NCBI RefSeq assembly: GCF_042134685.1
Contig: NZ_CP169647.1
Location: forward strand, 1,550,585 to 1,614,584
Direction of reading: 5' to 3'
Length of the DNA stretch: 64,000 nucleotides
Source: Microcystis sp. BLCC-F210
GTDB taxonomy: Bacteria; Cyanobacteriota; Cyanobacteriia; Cyanobacteriales; Microcystaceae
Numbering within the stretch: the stretch's first letter is position 1; every line of letters starts with the position of its first letter. Under the pieces are notes generated by a model, which was not told where the DNA came from, did not search any database, and was given only the letters and a program-made list of their open reading frames with translations. A program made the translations under genes and the position numbers. Below are positions 10,826 through 20,385 of the stretch, piece by piece.

Positions 10826-11107
10826 ATGAGAGAACTGGTTTTAACGCCTAAATTTAAGCGGACTTTCCATAAGTTTGTTCTCAGAAATCCTCAACGACAG
10901 AAAGCGATTGAGAAGACATTGGCACAAATGAGGGAAGATATTTATTTTTTGAGCTTGGGAACTCATTCATTAAGAGGGGAATTATCGGGACTTAAAGCTT
11001 GTTCTTGCGGTTATGATTGTCGGATTATTTTTTCTATAAAAATTGAGCCAGACACCCAGAAGGAAGTTATAGTCATTTCAAATAAGTGTGAGACGAGGGA
11101 AAAATAA
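10826..11107 (+). pseudogene. RelE/YafQ-family toxin gene whose 3' end was severed by IS630 insertion
   Basis: KFKRTFHKFVLRNPQ ... ACSCGYDCRIIFSIKIEP...EVIVI is a RelE/YafQ signature. The last 9 codons (SNKCETREK) are read from the IS630 terminus. The authentic 3' end (...LLDIGTHDEVY*) lies at 14085..14126, immediately after the IS630 right end. Confidence 0.6.
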
Positions 11108-11394
11108 GGTAAAATGAAGAGAAACGAGCAATCCATACAGAAAAATGTCTTATAGCCTAGACTTGAGAAAAAAAGTGATCGATTATGTAGAGAATGGGGG
11201 AAGCATAACCAAAGCCGCCGCTCTATTTAATATAGGAAGAGCGACGATATATAGATGGCTAGGTAGGGAAAAACTGGAAGCAACAAAGGTAAAACACCGT
11301 CAGAGAAAGCTGGACTGGAAAGCACTGTCAAAAGATGTCCAAGAAAATCCCGAGGCAAGATTAAGAGACAGAGCCGAGAAGTTTGGGAGCATCT

Positions 11395-11566
11395 CACTTA
11401 CGCGATGAGTAATTATACTTAGCCTAAAAGCCACTCTTAATCGTGTCTTGGAACGAAATAGAGGCTTTTAAAGACCGCGTACATGGAGAATTAAAACAAG
11501 AATTACCCTCGAAAAGCCTATTTTTCTACTAAGTATTTATGCTTATTGCAAAGGTGAGATGCTCCC
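11395..11566. mobile_element. MITE (family G: TIR GGGAGCATCTCAC, 8-bp TSD) inside the IS630 transposase gene
   Basis: 13-bp perfect TIRs GGGAGCATCTCAC/GTGAGATGCTCCC. Flanking direct repeat AGAAGTTT (11387-11394 and 11567-11574). A near-identical copy is at 42274..42455. Confidence 0.7.
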
Positions 11567-11887
11567 AGAAGTTTGGAGTGAGACCAAGTGCCATTTGCTA
11601 TGCCTTAAAAAAAATGAAAATTACCAGAAAAAAGAAGGAACTTCGTTATAGAGAAAGAAACCGAGAAGAAAGAATGAAATACTACAGAGTGCTGAGAGAA
11701 TTGATTAAAAAATATGGAAGTGAAAGCCTTGTATTTATTGATGAGTCAGGGTTTGAAGAATTTCAAGCCTGCCTTTATGCTTGGTCAAAAAAAGGTAAGA
11801 AAGTATTGGGAGATAGACAAGGAAAACGAGGAAAAAGAGAAAACCTTGTCGCCGGGAGAAGAAAGGGAAAAAAAGACTTTATTGCAC

Positions 11888-13752
11888 CAGCAATTCTCAT
11901 TTTGAAATAAATAGAGCATTAACCCCGATTTTGGCAGGGAAAATATAGTACGAAGCAACTATTTTCTAGAAGAGGCGAACAATAAAAAAAACAATTGGCT
12001 AGACAAATTAAGTATAAATACTCAAGCAATCAAAGAGGTTGGCTGAGAACGAACGGGGTTAAATCAGGAAGATAGTTCTGTTTTTAGAATAGGGAATTCA
12101 AGGGAAATAAAAATTTATAATTATTGTCAGCTAAGGTAAAATGGGTGAGATAGAAATCCACCAGCACGTCAAATTATTCCAAGATGGCTCAAAAAGCGGC
12201 AACCCTAGAAATTTCGGAATTAATGCAATTTTTCCATCAAGAATTAGATGATTTACCCGATGAGAGGAAACCTGGAAATAATAGAAAATATGAGATAAAA
12301 GATGCCGTGATGGCTGCATTTTCAGTCTTTTTTACTCAGTCGCCGTCTTTTTTAGACCATTAACGTTTAATGAAAAGCAATAAGGGAAAAGATAATGCTG
12401 AAAGTTTATTTTCAATTAAAAAAATTCCTGGGGATAATCAAATAAGAAATTTGTTAGATCCAGTGCCAGCATCTAATATCTCTAGGACTTTTCAAAAAGT
12501 CTATGAATGGTTAAAAGAAAAGGGAGTTTTGAAAAAGTTTCTCTACTTAGATGGAGAAATATTAGTGGCGTTAGATGGCACAGAATATTTCTCATCCAAG
12601 AAAATTAATTGCCCTCATTGTAACTGTCGTAATCATCGAAATGGAACTACAACTTATTTTCATGGCTGTGTCACACCGATAGTAGTTTCTCCTAAGCAAA
12701 AACAAGTAATTAATTTAGAGCCAGAATTCATTAAAAAACAAGATGGATATCAAAAACAAGACTGTGAAAATGCGGCCGTTAAAAGATGGTTAAATAGGAA
12801 TCATAAAAATAAGTATGGTTATCCTGTAACTCTTTTAGGAGACGACTTATATTCTCACGAACCTGTTTGTGAATTAGCGATAAAACAAGGTTATAATTTT
12901 ATTTTTGTTTGTTTGGAAACGTCGCATAAAACTTTATATGAATGGCTAGAATTTTTAGAAAAAAGTGGCGAAGTTAGGACCGTTGAAAAGAAACAATGGG
13001 ATGGACGAAAAAATCTAATTTATCGTTATCGTTATGCTTCTAGAGTTCCCTTAAGAGAGGGGGACTCAAGTCTCGAAGTTAATTGGTGTGAAGTGACTGT
13101 TATTAATGAAAAAACCCAGAAAACTATCTACCAAAATAATTGGATAACTAATCATAAAATCAAGGAAAATAATGTCGAAGAAATTGTCAAAGCTGGACGT
13201 AGCAGATGGAAAGTTGAAAATGAAGGCAATAACGTTCTTAAAAATCACGGTTATAATTTAGAGCATAACTTTGGTCACGGTCAGAATCATTTGTGCGAGT
13301 TCTTATTGTCTTTGAATTTACTAGCTTTTTTATTTCATACCGTGTTGGATTTAGTTAATTACACCTATCAAAAGATTCGTGAGCTATTAGTAACTAGGAC
13401 TTCTTTCTTTAATGATATTCGTACCCTATTAAAATTTATTTGGTTTAAGAATTGGTCGGAATTTTCTCATTTATTCTAACCGAATATGTCCCATTTAAAA
13501 AAGTAGATTCTAGTTGAAAATGTCAGAACTCTTGAAGGAGAAAAAGAAAATTGTTTATAAAAAAACTAAAAATTTTGTTAGAATTTCATCCAGATTTATG
13601 AGTTGAAATCGATTTTTCGTGGACAAAGTTCTTAAAACCTGTATATCTCCAGCGTTGGATGATAATTATCTGTCAAAAAATAATGCTTCTACACAAGTTC
13701 TCTATTTAAATAAGAGAATTTTATCTGATTTTTTTCAAAATGAGAATTGCTG
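11888..13752 (+). mobile_element. CA-ended IS (IS4-family-like), copy 1; transposase inactivated by a nonsense codon
   Basis: 20-bp TIRs CAGCAATTCTCATTTTGAAA / TTTCAAAATGAGAATTGCTG. 9-bp flanking repeat TTAT(T/C)GCAC. The 5' leader of ~295 bp is shared with the copies at 16517 and 18293..20353. Confidence 0.65.
12184..13479 (+). pseudogene. Transposase of the CA-ended IS with a premature TAA (CAA>TAA at 12361) relative to the intact copy 18528..19862
   Basis: Residues 1-59 (MAQKAATLEISEL...SFLDH) are read 12184..12360, then a stop. The remainder (12370..13479) matches the intact copy colinearly. Confidence 0.6.
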
Positions 13753-14084
13753 TTATCGCACCGATGGTATTTACGAGAAGCCTGAATGCCGAAGGTTTTG
13801 AAGGGTGGTTATCTTTATATTTATTGCCCTCTCTAACCATAACATCAGTATTAATTATGGATAATGCACCAATTCATCGGAAGACAGTCATTAAACAACT
13901 GGTAGAAGAAGCAGGTCATCAGGTAGTGTTTTTGCCAAAATACTCTCCTGATTTAAATGATATCGAACATGATTTTAGTGCATTAAAGAGGGCAAGAATG
14001 TATGCTCCTGTGGGGACAACCCTTGATGAAATTATTCGTACTTATTGTGTCGCCTAGTGTCTCGTTCTTATTTGAAATAACTAT

Positions 14085-14126
14085 ATCATTTTACTTGACA
14101 TTGGTACTCATGATGAAGTGTATTGA
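14085..14126 (+). other. Displaced 3' end of the IS630-disrupted toxin gene
   Basis: Reads I-I-L-L-D-I-G-T-H-D-E-V-Y-stop, parallel to the intact toxin C-terminus EVIILLIDIGSHDQVYRK at 14557..14844. Confidence 0.5.
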
Positions 14127-14129
14127 TAA

Positions 14130-14213
14130 AATAGGAAAAACTAGAAAGCGATCCTGCGGGTTTCGGCGTTGCGGTACACATATATTTATAATAAGATAAA
14201 TTTGGCTCTCTTA
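14130..14213 (+). repeat. Conserved ~84-bp 3' flank of the RelE-type TA modules (copy 1)
   Basis: aaataggaaaaactagaaagcgatcctgcgggtttcggcgttgcggtacacatatatttataataagataaattt is repeated at 14840..14913 with about 90% identity. Confidence 0.5.
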
Positions 14214-14344
14214 GGTTTGGTGGGTAAAATGTATTCTAAGATACAGTCCTGGTAGGACACAAAGATTGATCGCTCCTATATAAGTTAAACTGATCACACA
14301 AAGAATAAGAGATCCCAGGTTTTTATCGAGAGTTAAGAGGTAAA

Positions 14345-14554
14345 ATGATGACTTTGCAAGAAATGATCAAATCTTTTGAGAATTTATCAGAGGATGAACA
14401 AGAGTCATTGTTAGAGATTTTGTGTCAATATAGAGCCAAAGCAAGAGAAAGAGAAATTTTAGCTAATTTTAAGGAATTGAAACAGGCGATCGCTGCTGGA
14501 ACGGCCAGAAGGGGAACCGTAGAAGATTTGATTGCTGATTTGAATGAGGATTAA
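14345..14554 (+). CDS. Type II antitoxin of the second RelE-type TA module
   Basis: 69 aa helical acidic protein. Its stop is 2 bp before the toxin start. Confidence 0.55.
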   Translation: MMTLQEMIKSFENLSEDEQESLLEILCQYRAKAREREILANFKELKQAIAAGTARRGTVEDLIADLNED

Positions 14555-14556
14555 CA

Positions 14557-14844
14557 ATGGATCTAATATGGAGTGATGGGTTTAAGCGTTCGTTTAAGAA
14601 GCTAATCAAGAAAAATTCCCAGTTAAAACCTAAAATTTTCGATGTACTTAGAAAACTGGCAGAAGACCCATTTACACTGTCTTTAAAAACCCATAAGTTA
14701 AGTGGTAATTTAGAAGGGTTATGGTCTTGTACTGTAGCTTACGATTGTCGAATTATTTTTAGTTTTTCGGAAGATGGAGAATATTTAGAAGTTATCATCT
14801 TGTTAATTGATATTGGTAGTCACGATCAGGTGTATAGAAAATAG
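14557..14844 (+). CDS. RelE/YafQ-family toxin (intact paralog)
   Basis: 95 aa. FKRSFKKLIKKNSQLKPKIFDVL ... SCTVAYDCRIIFSFSEDGEYLEVIILLIDIGSHDQVYRK. Confidence 0.65.
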   Translation: MDLIWSDGFKRSFKKLIKKNSQLKPKIFDVLRKLAEDPFTLSLKTHKLSGNLEGLWSCTVAYDCRIIFSFSEDGEYLEVIILLIDIGSHDQVYRK

Positions 14845-14913
14845 GATATACTGGAAAGCTATCCTGCGGTTTTCTGCGTTGCGGTACACATATATTTATA
14901 ATAAGATAAATTT
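14840..14913 (+). repeat. Conserved 3' flank of the RelE-type TA modules (copy 2)
   Basis: See 14130..14213. Confidence 0.5.
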
Positions 14914-16393
14914 TTCCCAATCGTTAGGATTTATTTTAAGATAGGATTTAAACACAGGATTAATAGGAAAATAGGACGAGGTTTCTGATGGTAATTTATC
15001 CATTAAACAGCGTCTCATTAATGATTGAATAGCTGCCCAAAATTGGGATTGAGAAAGGTCAAGATTAGCAGTTTTGGGAAATTTTTCTACCGCTTCAGTT
15101 TGATTAGCTAACCAGTGCATCACCTTTTTTTCTGTTGCGGATAAACGCTGTAAATGACATTCGATCGAGTTTTCTATAAGTAGTCGTGCAAAATTAATTT
15201 CCTAGTCAAGATAGGCAAAAGGCAAGAGGCAGGAGGCAAGAGGTGGTTAGATATGTGTAATTAATTTTGCTTAGGTACTTATCCCCTAAATAAATTTCAT
15301 TGTTCATTTGTTCTAAAAATAAGGATACTTCTCCATCAAATAGTTCAATAATGGTTGAGGAGATGATATTTAACCAGTTAGGATGACCTTGATAAAGTTC
15401 CCTCAGTTCTGTCCATTTATCCTCGTTTTTTAAACCGTATTCTTTGAAGATTTCTTCAAATTCTGTTATTAAACCTTGCAGGTATAAAGTTTTAATTTTA
15501 TCGGATTTTAAGGTGACAAAATCTCTGGGAAGTTCCCAACTAATTAAAATTAAACAATTTTGATGAGATGTGGTAGCGATTTGCTGAAAAAATTTATGAT
15601 AATCCTGACAGTCGCTTAAATATTTACCTGCTAATTCCCCCAGTTTAAAAATATTCTGCACATCATCAAGAATAATTAAACAACGATAGGAGCTTAGATA
15701 ATCTATTATATCGGGTAAGGGGGTTGATAGAGATTGGTTGAAAAACTGTTTTAGATCATCTTTGAGAGCGATTAATTGAGGAATATTTTCCAGACTGCGA
15801 TAAATAATATAATCAAATTGTGTGGCAATTTCTGAAATTAATTTAAAGGTTAAAGCTGTTTTTCCAATTCCAGTTAACCCATAAATAGTAATTAATCGAG
15901 TTTTATTATCTAGCCATTCTTTTAAGGTTGATATTTCTACCTTACGTCCATAGTTATACCTTAATTCTGAGGCTTTTGTTAGGTCAATTATTGGGTATTG
16001 ATGATCATTATCTGGAAAATTTGAAGACTTTTTTAAGTTTTTTTCTGAGTAAGGGTTATTTTCTCTACAGATATTAATGCGACTGTTACTAATGTTATTA
16101 CTGTTAGGAGAGTTAACAAAGTGATAAATAATAGATGAAGCTTTATTTTATAAAATAGAACGAACATTAGACTTTTTTATATCTTCTTCAAAAACATCTG
16201 ATAGCAGTTGCCATAATTTCCATGCTTCTTTTTTTATATGGTCATAACTGCGCTGATTATCTTTGGCAATTTCTTCGTAATCTTGATGTTCCCAAATACC
16301 CTGTAAGATGGATTCTTGCAATGAATCAAGATGTTTACCGGTTTTCTCTAATACCTGTTTATCTGTCCATTCTAAAAGGGTTTGAATATCCAT
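14896..16393 (-). pseudogene. Decayed paralog of the NB-ARC STAND NTPase (N-terminal leader domain, P-loop, C-terminus in at least 3 frames)
   Basis: 16148..16393 encodes the N-domain paralog (…DYEEIAKDNQRSYDHIKKEAWKLWQLLSDVFEEDIKKSNVRSIL) and ends in a premature TAA. The reverse complement of 15846-15899 encodes RLITIYGLTGIGKTALTF (Walker A). 15206..15661 and 14896..15123 (…FPINPVFKSYLKIN) match the C-terminal parts of 4781..6148. Confidence 0.55.
15175..15288. repeat. Dispersed ~110-bp repeat (family K: aggcaaaaggcaagagg array plus ttagatatgtgtaattaattttgcttaggtac)
   Basis: Near-identical inverted copy at 62106..62210. Diverged partial copy at 52421..52500. Confidence 0.5.
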
Positions 16394-16516
16394 ATAAGTA
16401 AGTGGTAGAACATTTATATTGCTGGTTGGTATAAGGGAACATATTTTAGGTTTCTTGTTTTTTTATCAGACTAATAATCATTTTACTTCCCTCTTGCAAG
16501 AGATCAATGTATTGCC

Positions 16517-16992
16517 CAGCAATTCTCATTTTGAAATAAATAGAGCATTAACCCCGATTTTGGCAGGGAAAATATAGTACGAAGCAACTATTTTCTAGAA
16601 GAGGCGAACAATAAAAAAAACAATTGGCTAGACAAATTAAGTATAAATACCCAAGCAATCAAAGAGGTTGGCTGAGAACGAACAGGGTTAAATCAGGAAG
16701 ATAGTTCTGTTTTTAGAATAGAGAATTCAAGGGAAATAAAAATTTATAATTATTGTCAGCTAAGGTAAAATGGGTGAGATAGAAATCCACCAGCACGTCA
16801 AATTATTCCAAGATGGTTCAAAAAGCGGCAACCCTAGAAATTTCGGAATTAACGCAATTTTTACATCAAGAATTAGATGATTTACCCGATGAGAGGAAAC
16901 CTGGAAATAATAGAAAATATGAGATAAAAGATGCCGTGATGGCTGCATTTTCAGTCTTTTTTACTCAGTCGCCGTCTTTTTTAGACCATCAG
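16517..16992 (+). mobile_element. CA-ended IS, copy 2 (5' fragment only), truncated by the ISAs1-family insertion
   Basis: Begins with CAGCAATTCTCATTTTGAAA and encodes transposase residues 1-60 (16813..). Homology stops at ...FLDHQ, where the ISAs1-family sequence begins. Confidence 0.6.
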
Positions 16993-18292
16993 GGTAAGAG
17001 CATCTCAATTAGGCTTGACAAAAGGCTTTCAGCACAGCCATCATATAGTTATTATCCATGGCCGCCCGTTTACTTTTTTGTGCCAGACTACGTCGGTAAG
17101 TGGATTCCTGGTTAAGAGCGTTAAGTGCTACTCGTCTCAAGAAGGCTCCCATTACGAGGGCTGTGGCCCGAGCGAATCCGACATTTATCTTCATTAAAAG
17201 TAACATCTAAAATCCAATGAGCCTGATTTTCAATGCCCCAATGTTTACGAATAGCATTACCTATTTTTTGAGCATCAGCAGGGAGAGAACTGAGATAGAA
17301 TTGGACTTCACAAGTGGTTTTATTCCAAAGATGACGAACTCGTTTAACCATGATAATACTTTGAAGTCCTTGCCATTGAGCCTGTTGATAAAGACCGCCG
17401 AAAGCTTCTAAGGGTACAGCCCAACACCAACATTTTTCGAGACGATGATGACCCTTTTCCAGACGGTAATCATAACTAAATTGAATACCATCAAATTGAT
17501 GTGCTTGAGCTTGCTCAAACCAGTTTTTGACCTGAGTATAAAGAGTCGGATGATTAGCTTTAAGGGCGACAACGTAGTTAGCTTTTTTGGCTTGAATATG
17601 ATTAATAATCGCCGTTTGAGTTCCCATAGCATCAAGGGTGATAATTGCCCCTTGAAGGTCTAATAGTTCTAATAAAGCGGGAATAGCGGTAATCTCATTG
17701 GATTTATCTTCCACCTTGACTTGTCCTAAAACTAATTTCTGCTCCCCCGCCCAAGCCGTCACTAAATGCAAGGCTTTAATTCCTTGATTACGGTCGTAAG
17801 AACCTCTGAGACTTTTCCCATCTATGGGAACTATTTCCCCCGAAAGAGAACCGATTAAATGGGGCAGCCATTGAGACAAAACTTTGGTCAAAGCTTCCGG
17901 GTTAATCCGTTCAAAAACCCGCCGAAAAGTATCATCAGAAGGAATGCCATTAGGTAATTCTAAAAACTCAGATAACCAAGACTGCTTACTGAGTCCATAA
18001 TTTTCCATATCTTCCCAACCTTCGGCTCCTGCTATAACTGCTAAAATAGCAATGACTAAAATATCGGTTAATAAATGTTTTTGGGTTCGGGACACTCTCG
18101 GGTCAGGAATATCTTGAAGATAAGTCAATAAACTAGCTTGAATTTCATTGATTGATGTTAAAGGAAGCTCAGGTTTTAGTTGAGCTTTATTTCCGGTGGG
18201 AAGAACGGGAGCAAAACCTTTCCCCATGAGCTATTTCCTCGCTAATTTTCATGAACAACAGTGAGACTAAGGCTAATTATAAATTATACAGA
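16993..18292 (-). mobile_element. ISAs1-family insertion sequence (boundaries approximate)
   Basis: It lies between the broken IS copy 2 and the right TIR of IS copy 3. Imperfect terminal repeats fall around caattaggcttgac (17015) / gactaaggctaatt (18256). Confidence 0.5.
17121..18227 (-). CDS. ISAs1-family DDE transposase
   Basis: 368 aa. The C-terminal KHWGIENQAHWILDVTFNEDKCRIR is the hallmark of the ISAs1 / H-repeat transposase family. Confidence 0.75.
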   Translation of the reverse strand: MGKGFAPVLPTGNKAQLKPELPLTSINEIQASLLTYLQDIPDPRVSRTQKHLLTDILVIAILAVIAGAEGWEDMENYGLSKQSWLSEFLELPNGIPSDDTFRRVFERINPEALTKVLSQWLPHLIGSLSGEIVPIDGKSLRGSYDRNQGIKALHLVTAWAGEQKLVLGQVKVEDKSNEITAIPALLELLDLQGAIITLDAMGTQTAIINHIQAKKANYVVALKANHPTLYTQVKNWFEQAQAHQFDGIQFSYDYRLEKGHHRLEKCWCWAVPLEAFGGLYQQAQWQGLQSIIMVKRVRHLWNKTTCEVQFYLSSLPADAQKIGNAIRKHWGIENQAHWILDVTFNEDKCRIRSGHSPRNGSLLETSST

Positions 18293-18527
18293 CAGCAATT
18301 CTCATTTTGAAAAAAATCAGATAAAATTCTCTTATTTAAATAAAGAACTTGTGTAGAAGCATTATTTTTTGACAGATAATTATCATCCAACGCTGGAGAT
18401 ATACAGGTTTTAAGAACTTTGTCCACGAAAAATCGATTTCAACTCATAAATCTGGATGAAATTCTAACAAAATTTTTAGTTTTTTTATAAACAATTTTCT
18501 TTTTCTCCTTCAAGAGTTCTGACATTT

Positions 18528-19862
18528 TTAACTAGAATTTACTTTTTTAAATGGGACATATTCGGTTAGAATAAATGAGAAAAATTCCGACCAATTCTTA
18601 AACCAAATAAATTTTAATAGGGTACGAATATCATTAAAGAAAGAAGTCCGAGTTACTAATAGCTCACGAATCTTTTGATAGGTGTAATTAACTAAATCCA
18701 ACACGGTATGAAATAAAAAAGCTAGTAAATTCAAAGACAATAAGAACTCGCACAAATGATTCTGACCGTGACCAAAGTTATGCTCTAAATTATAACCGTG
18801 ATTTTTAAGAACGTTATTGCCTTCATTTTCAACTTTCCATCTGCTACGTCCAGCTTTGACAATTTCTTCGACATTATTTTCCGTGATTTTATGATTAGTT
18901 ATCCAATTATTTTGGTAGATAGTTTTCTGGGTTTTTTCATTAATAACAGTCACTTCACACCAATTAACTTCGAGACTTGAGTCCCCCTCTCTTAAGGGAA
19001 CTCTAGAAGCATAACGATAACGATAAATTAGATTTTTTCGTCCATCCCATTGTTTCTTTTCAACGGTCCTAACTTCGCCACTTTTTTCTAAAAATTCTAG
19101 CCATTCATATAAAGTTTTATGCGACGTTTCCAAACAAACAAAAATAAAATTATAACCTTGTTTTACCGCTAATTTACAAACAGGTTCGTGAGAATATAAG
19201 TCGTCTCCTAAAAGAGTTACAGGATAACCATACTTATTTTTATGATTCCTATTTAACCATCTTTTAACGGCCGCATTTTCACAGTCTTGTTTTTGATGTC
19301 CATCTTGTTTTTTAATGAATTCTGGCTCTAAATTAATTACTTGTTTTTGCTTAGGAGAAACTACTATCGGTGTGACACAGCCATGAAAATAAGTTGTAGT
19401 TCCATTTCGATGATTACGACAGTTACAATGAGGGCAATTAATTTTCTTGGATGAGAAATATTCTGTGCCATCTAACGCCACTAATATTTCTCCATCTAAG
19501 TAGAGAAACTTTTTCAAAACTCCCTTTTCTTTTAACCATTCATAGACTTTTTGAAAAGTCCTAGAGATATTAGATGCTGGCACTGGATCTAGCAAATTTC
19601 TTATTTGATTATCCCCAGGAATTTTTTTAATTGAAAATAAACTTTCAGCATTATCTTTTCCCTTATTGCTTTTCATTAAACGTTGATGGTCTAAAAAAGA
19701 CGGCGACTGAGTAAAAAAGACTGAAAATGCAGCCATCACGGCATCTTTTATCTCATATTTTCTATTATTTCCAGGTTTCCTCTCATCGGGTAAATCATCT
19801 AATTCTTGATGTAAAAATTGCGTTAATTCCGAAATTTCTAGGGTTGCCGCTTTTTGAGCCAT
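18528..19862 (-). CDS. DDE transposase of the CA-ended IS (IS4-superfamily-like; exact family unverified)
   Basis: 444 aa. CxxC..C cluster KINCPHCNCRNH; C-terminal RSRWKVENEGNNVLKNHGYNLEHNFGHG (R-W-x-E-N...K, as in IS4/IS5-type DDE enzymes). Confidence 0.6.
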   Translation of the reverse strand: MAQKAATLEISELTQFLHQELDDLPDERKPGNNRKYEIKDAVMAAFSVFFTQSPSFLDHQRLMKSNKGKDNAESLFSIKKIPGDNQIRNLLDPVPASNISRTFQKVYEWLKEKGVLKKFLYLDGEILVALDGTEYFSSKKINCPHCNCRNHRNGTTTYFHGCVTPIVVSPKQKQVINLEPEFIKKQDGHQKQDCENAAVKRWLNRNHKNKYGYPVTLLGDDLYSHEPVCKLAVKQGYNFIFVCLETSHKTLYEWLEFLEKSGEVRTVEKKQWDGRKNLIYRYRYASRVPLREGDSSLEVNWCEVTVINEKTQKTIYQNNWITNHKITENNVEEIVKAGRSRWKVENEGNNVLKNHGYNLEHNFGHGQNHLCEFLLSLNLLAFLFHTVLDLVNYTYQKIRELLVTRTSFFNDIRTLLKFIWFKNWSEFFSFILTEYVPFKKVNSS

Positions 19863-20055
19863 CTTGGAATAATTTGACGTGCTGGTGGATTTCTATCTCA
19901 CCCATTTTACCTTAGCTGACAATAATTATAAATTTTTATTTCCCTTGAATTCTCTATTCTAAAAACAGAACTATCTTCCTGATTTAACCCTGTTCGTTCT
20001 CAGCCAACCTCTTTGATTGCTTGGGTATTTATACTTAATTTGTCTAGCCAATTGT

Positions 20056-20241
20056 GGCTCTTCGGGACTTGGTATGGTTCGATATGGGAGCATAAATCGA
20101 CTAAATCCTTATCTGGCAAGAGACTTAATTGATTAGTTCGCTCTAGATCAAAAATAATTGACAAAAATCACTAAATGCCTTTCTATATAAGGGTTCCATC
20201 CCTTATAACCCCTGTCCATTGCATAACAGAAACCCAAGAAC
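20056..20241. mobile_element. MITE family W (TIR GG(C/T)TCTTCG, 8-bp TSD), copy inside IS copy 3
   Basis: Flanked by the direct repeat CCAATTGT (20048-55 and 20242-49). Removing it restores the sequence seen in IS copy 1. Other copies at 42809..42995 and 52197..52383. Confidence 0.6.
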
Positions 20242-20385
20242 CCCAATTGTTTTTTTTATTGTTCGCCTCTTCTAGAAAATAGTTGCTTCGTACTATATTT
20301 TCCTTGCCAAAATCGGGGTTAATGCTCTATTTATTTCAAAATGAGAATTGCTGAGAAAAAAGCCGAATACTGACTTCTAACCCCA

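Larger units (their letters stand above)
11145..14057 (+). pseudogene. IS630-family transposase in three pieces (11145..11408, 11539..11910, 13740..14057)
   Basis: HTH N-terminus (LDLRKKVIDYVENGGSITKAAALFNIGRATIYRW) and DDE C-terminus (IMDNAPIHR ... VFLPKYSPDLNDIEHDFSALK). It is interrupted by the MITE at 11395..11566 and by the IS at 11888..13752. Confidence 0.65.
11070..14083 (+). mobile_element. IS630-family element (composite, ~960 bp native) carrying nested insertions of a CA-ended IS and a MITE
   Basis: TIRs TAGTCATTTCAAATAAGTGTGAGAC (left) and TAGTTATTTCAAATAAGAACGAGAC (right, reverse complement). A TA target duplication is present (11068-69 and 14084-85). Removing the element restores the toxin reading frame EVI-ILLDIGTHDEVY*. 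Confidence 0.65.
18293..20353 (-). mobile_element. CA-ended IS (IS4-family-like), copy 3 (intact transposase); carries an internal family-W MITE insertion
   Basis: TIR at 18293 (CAGCAATTCTCATTTTGAAA) and at 20334-20353. It is ~195 bp longer than copy 1 because of the insertion at 20056..20241. Confidence 0.65.

Noticed and set aside
17009-17663. Five short ORFs on both strands
   Set aside because: All lie within the ISAs1-family transposase gene 17121..18227.
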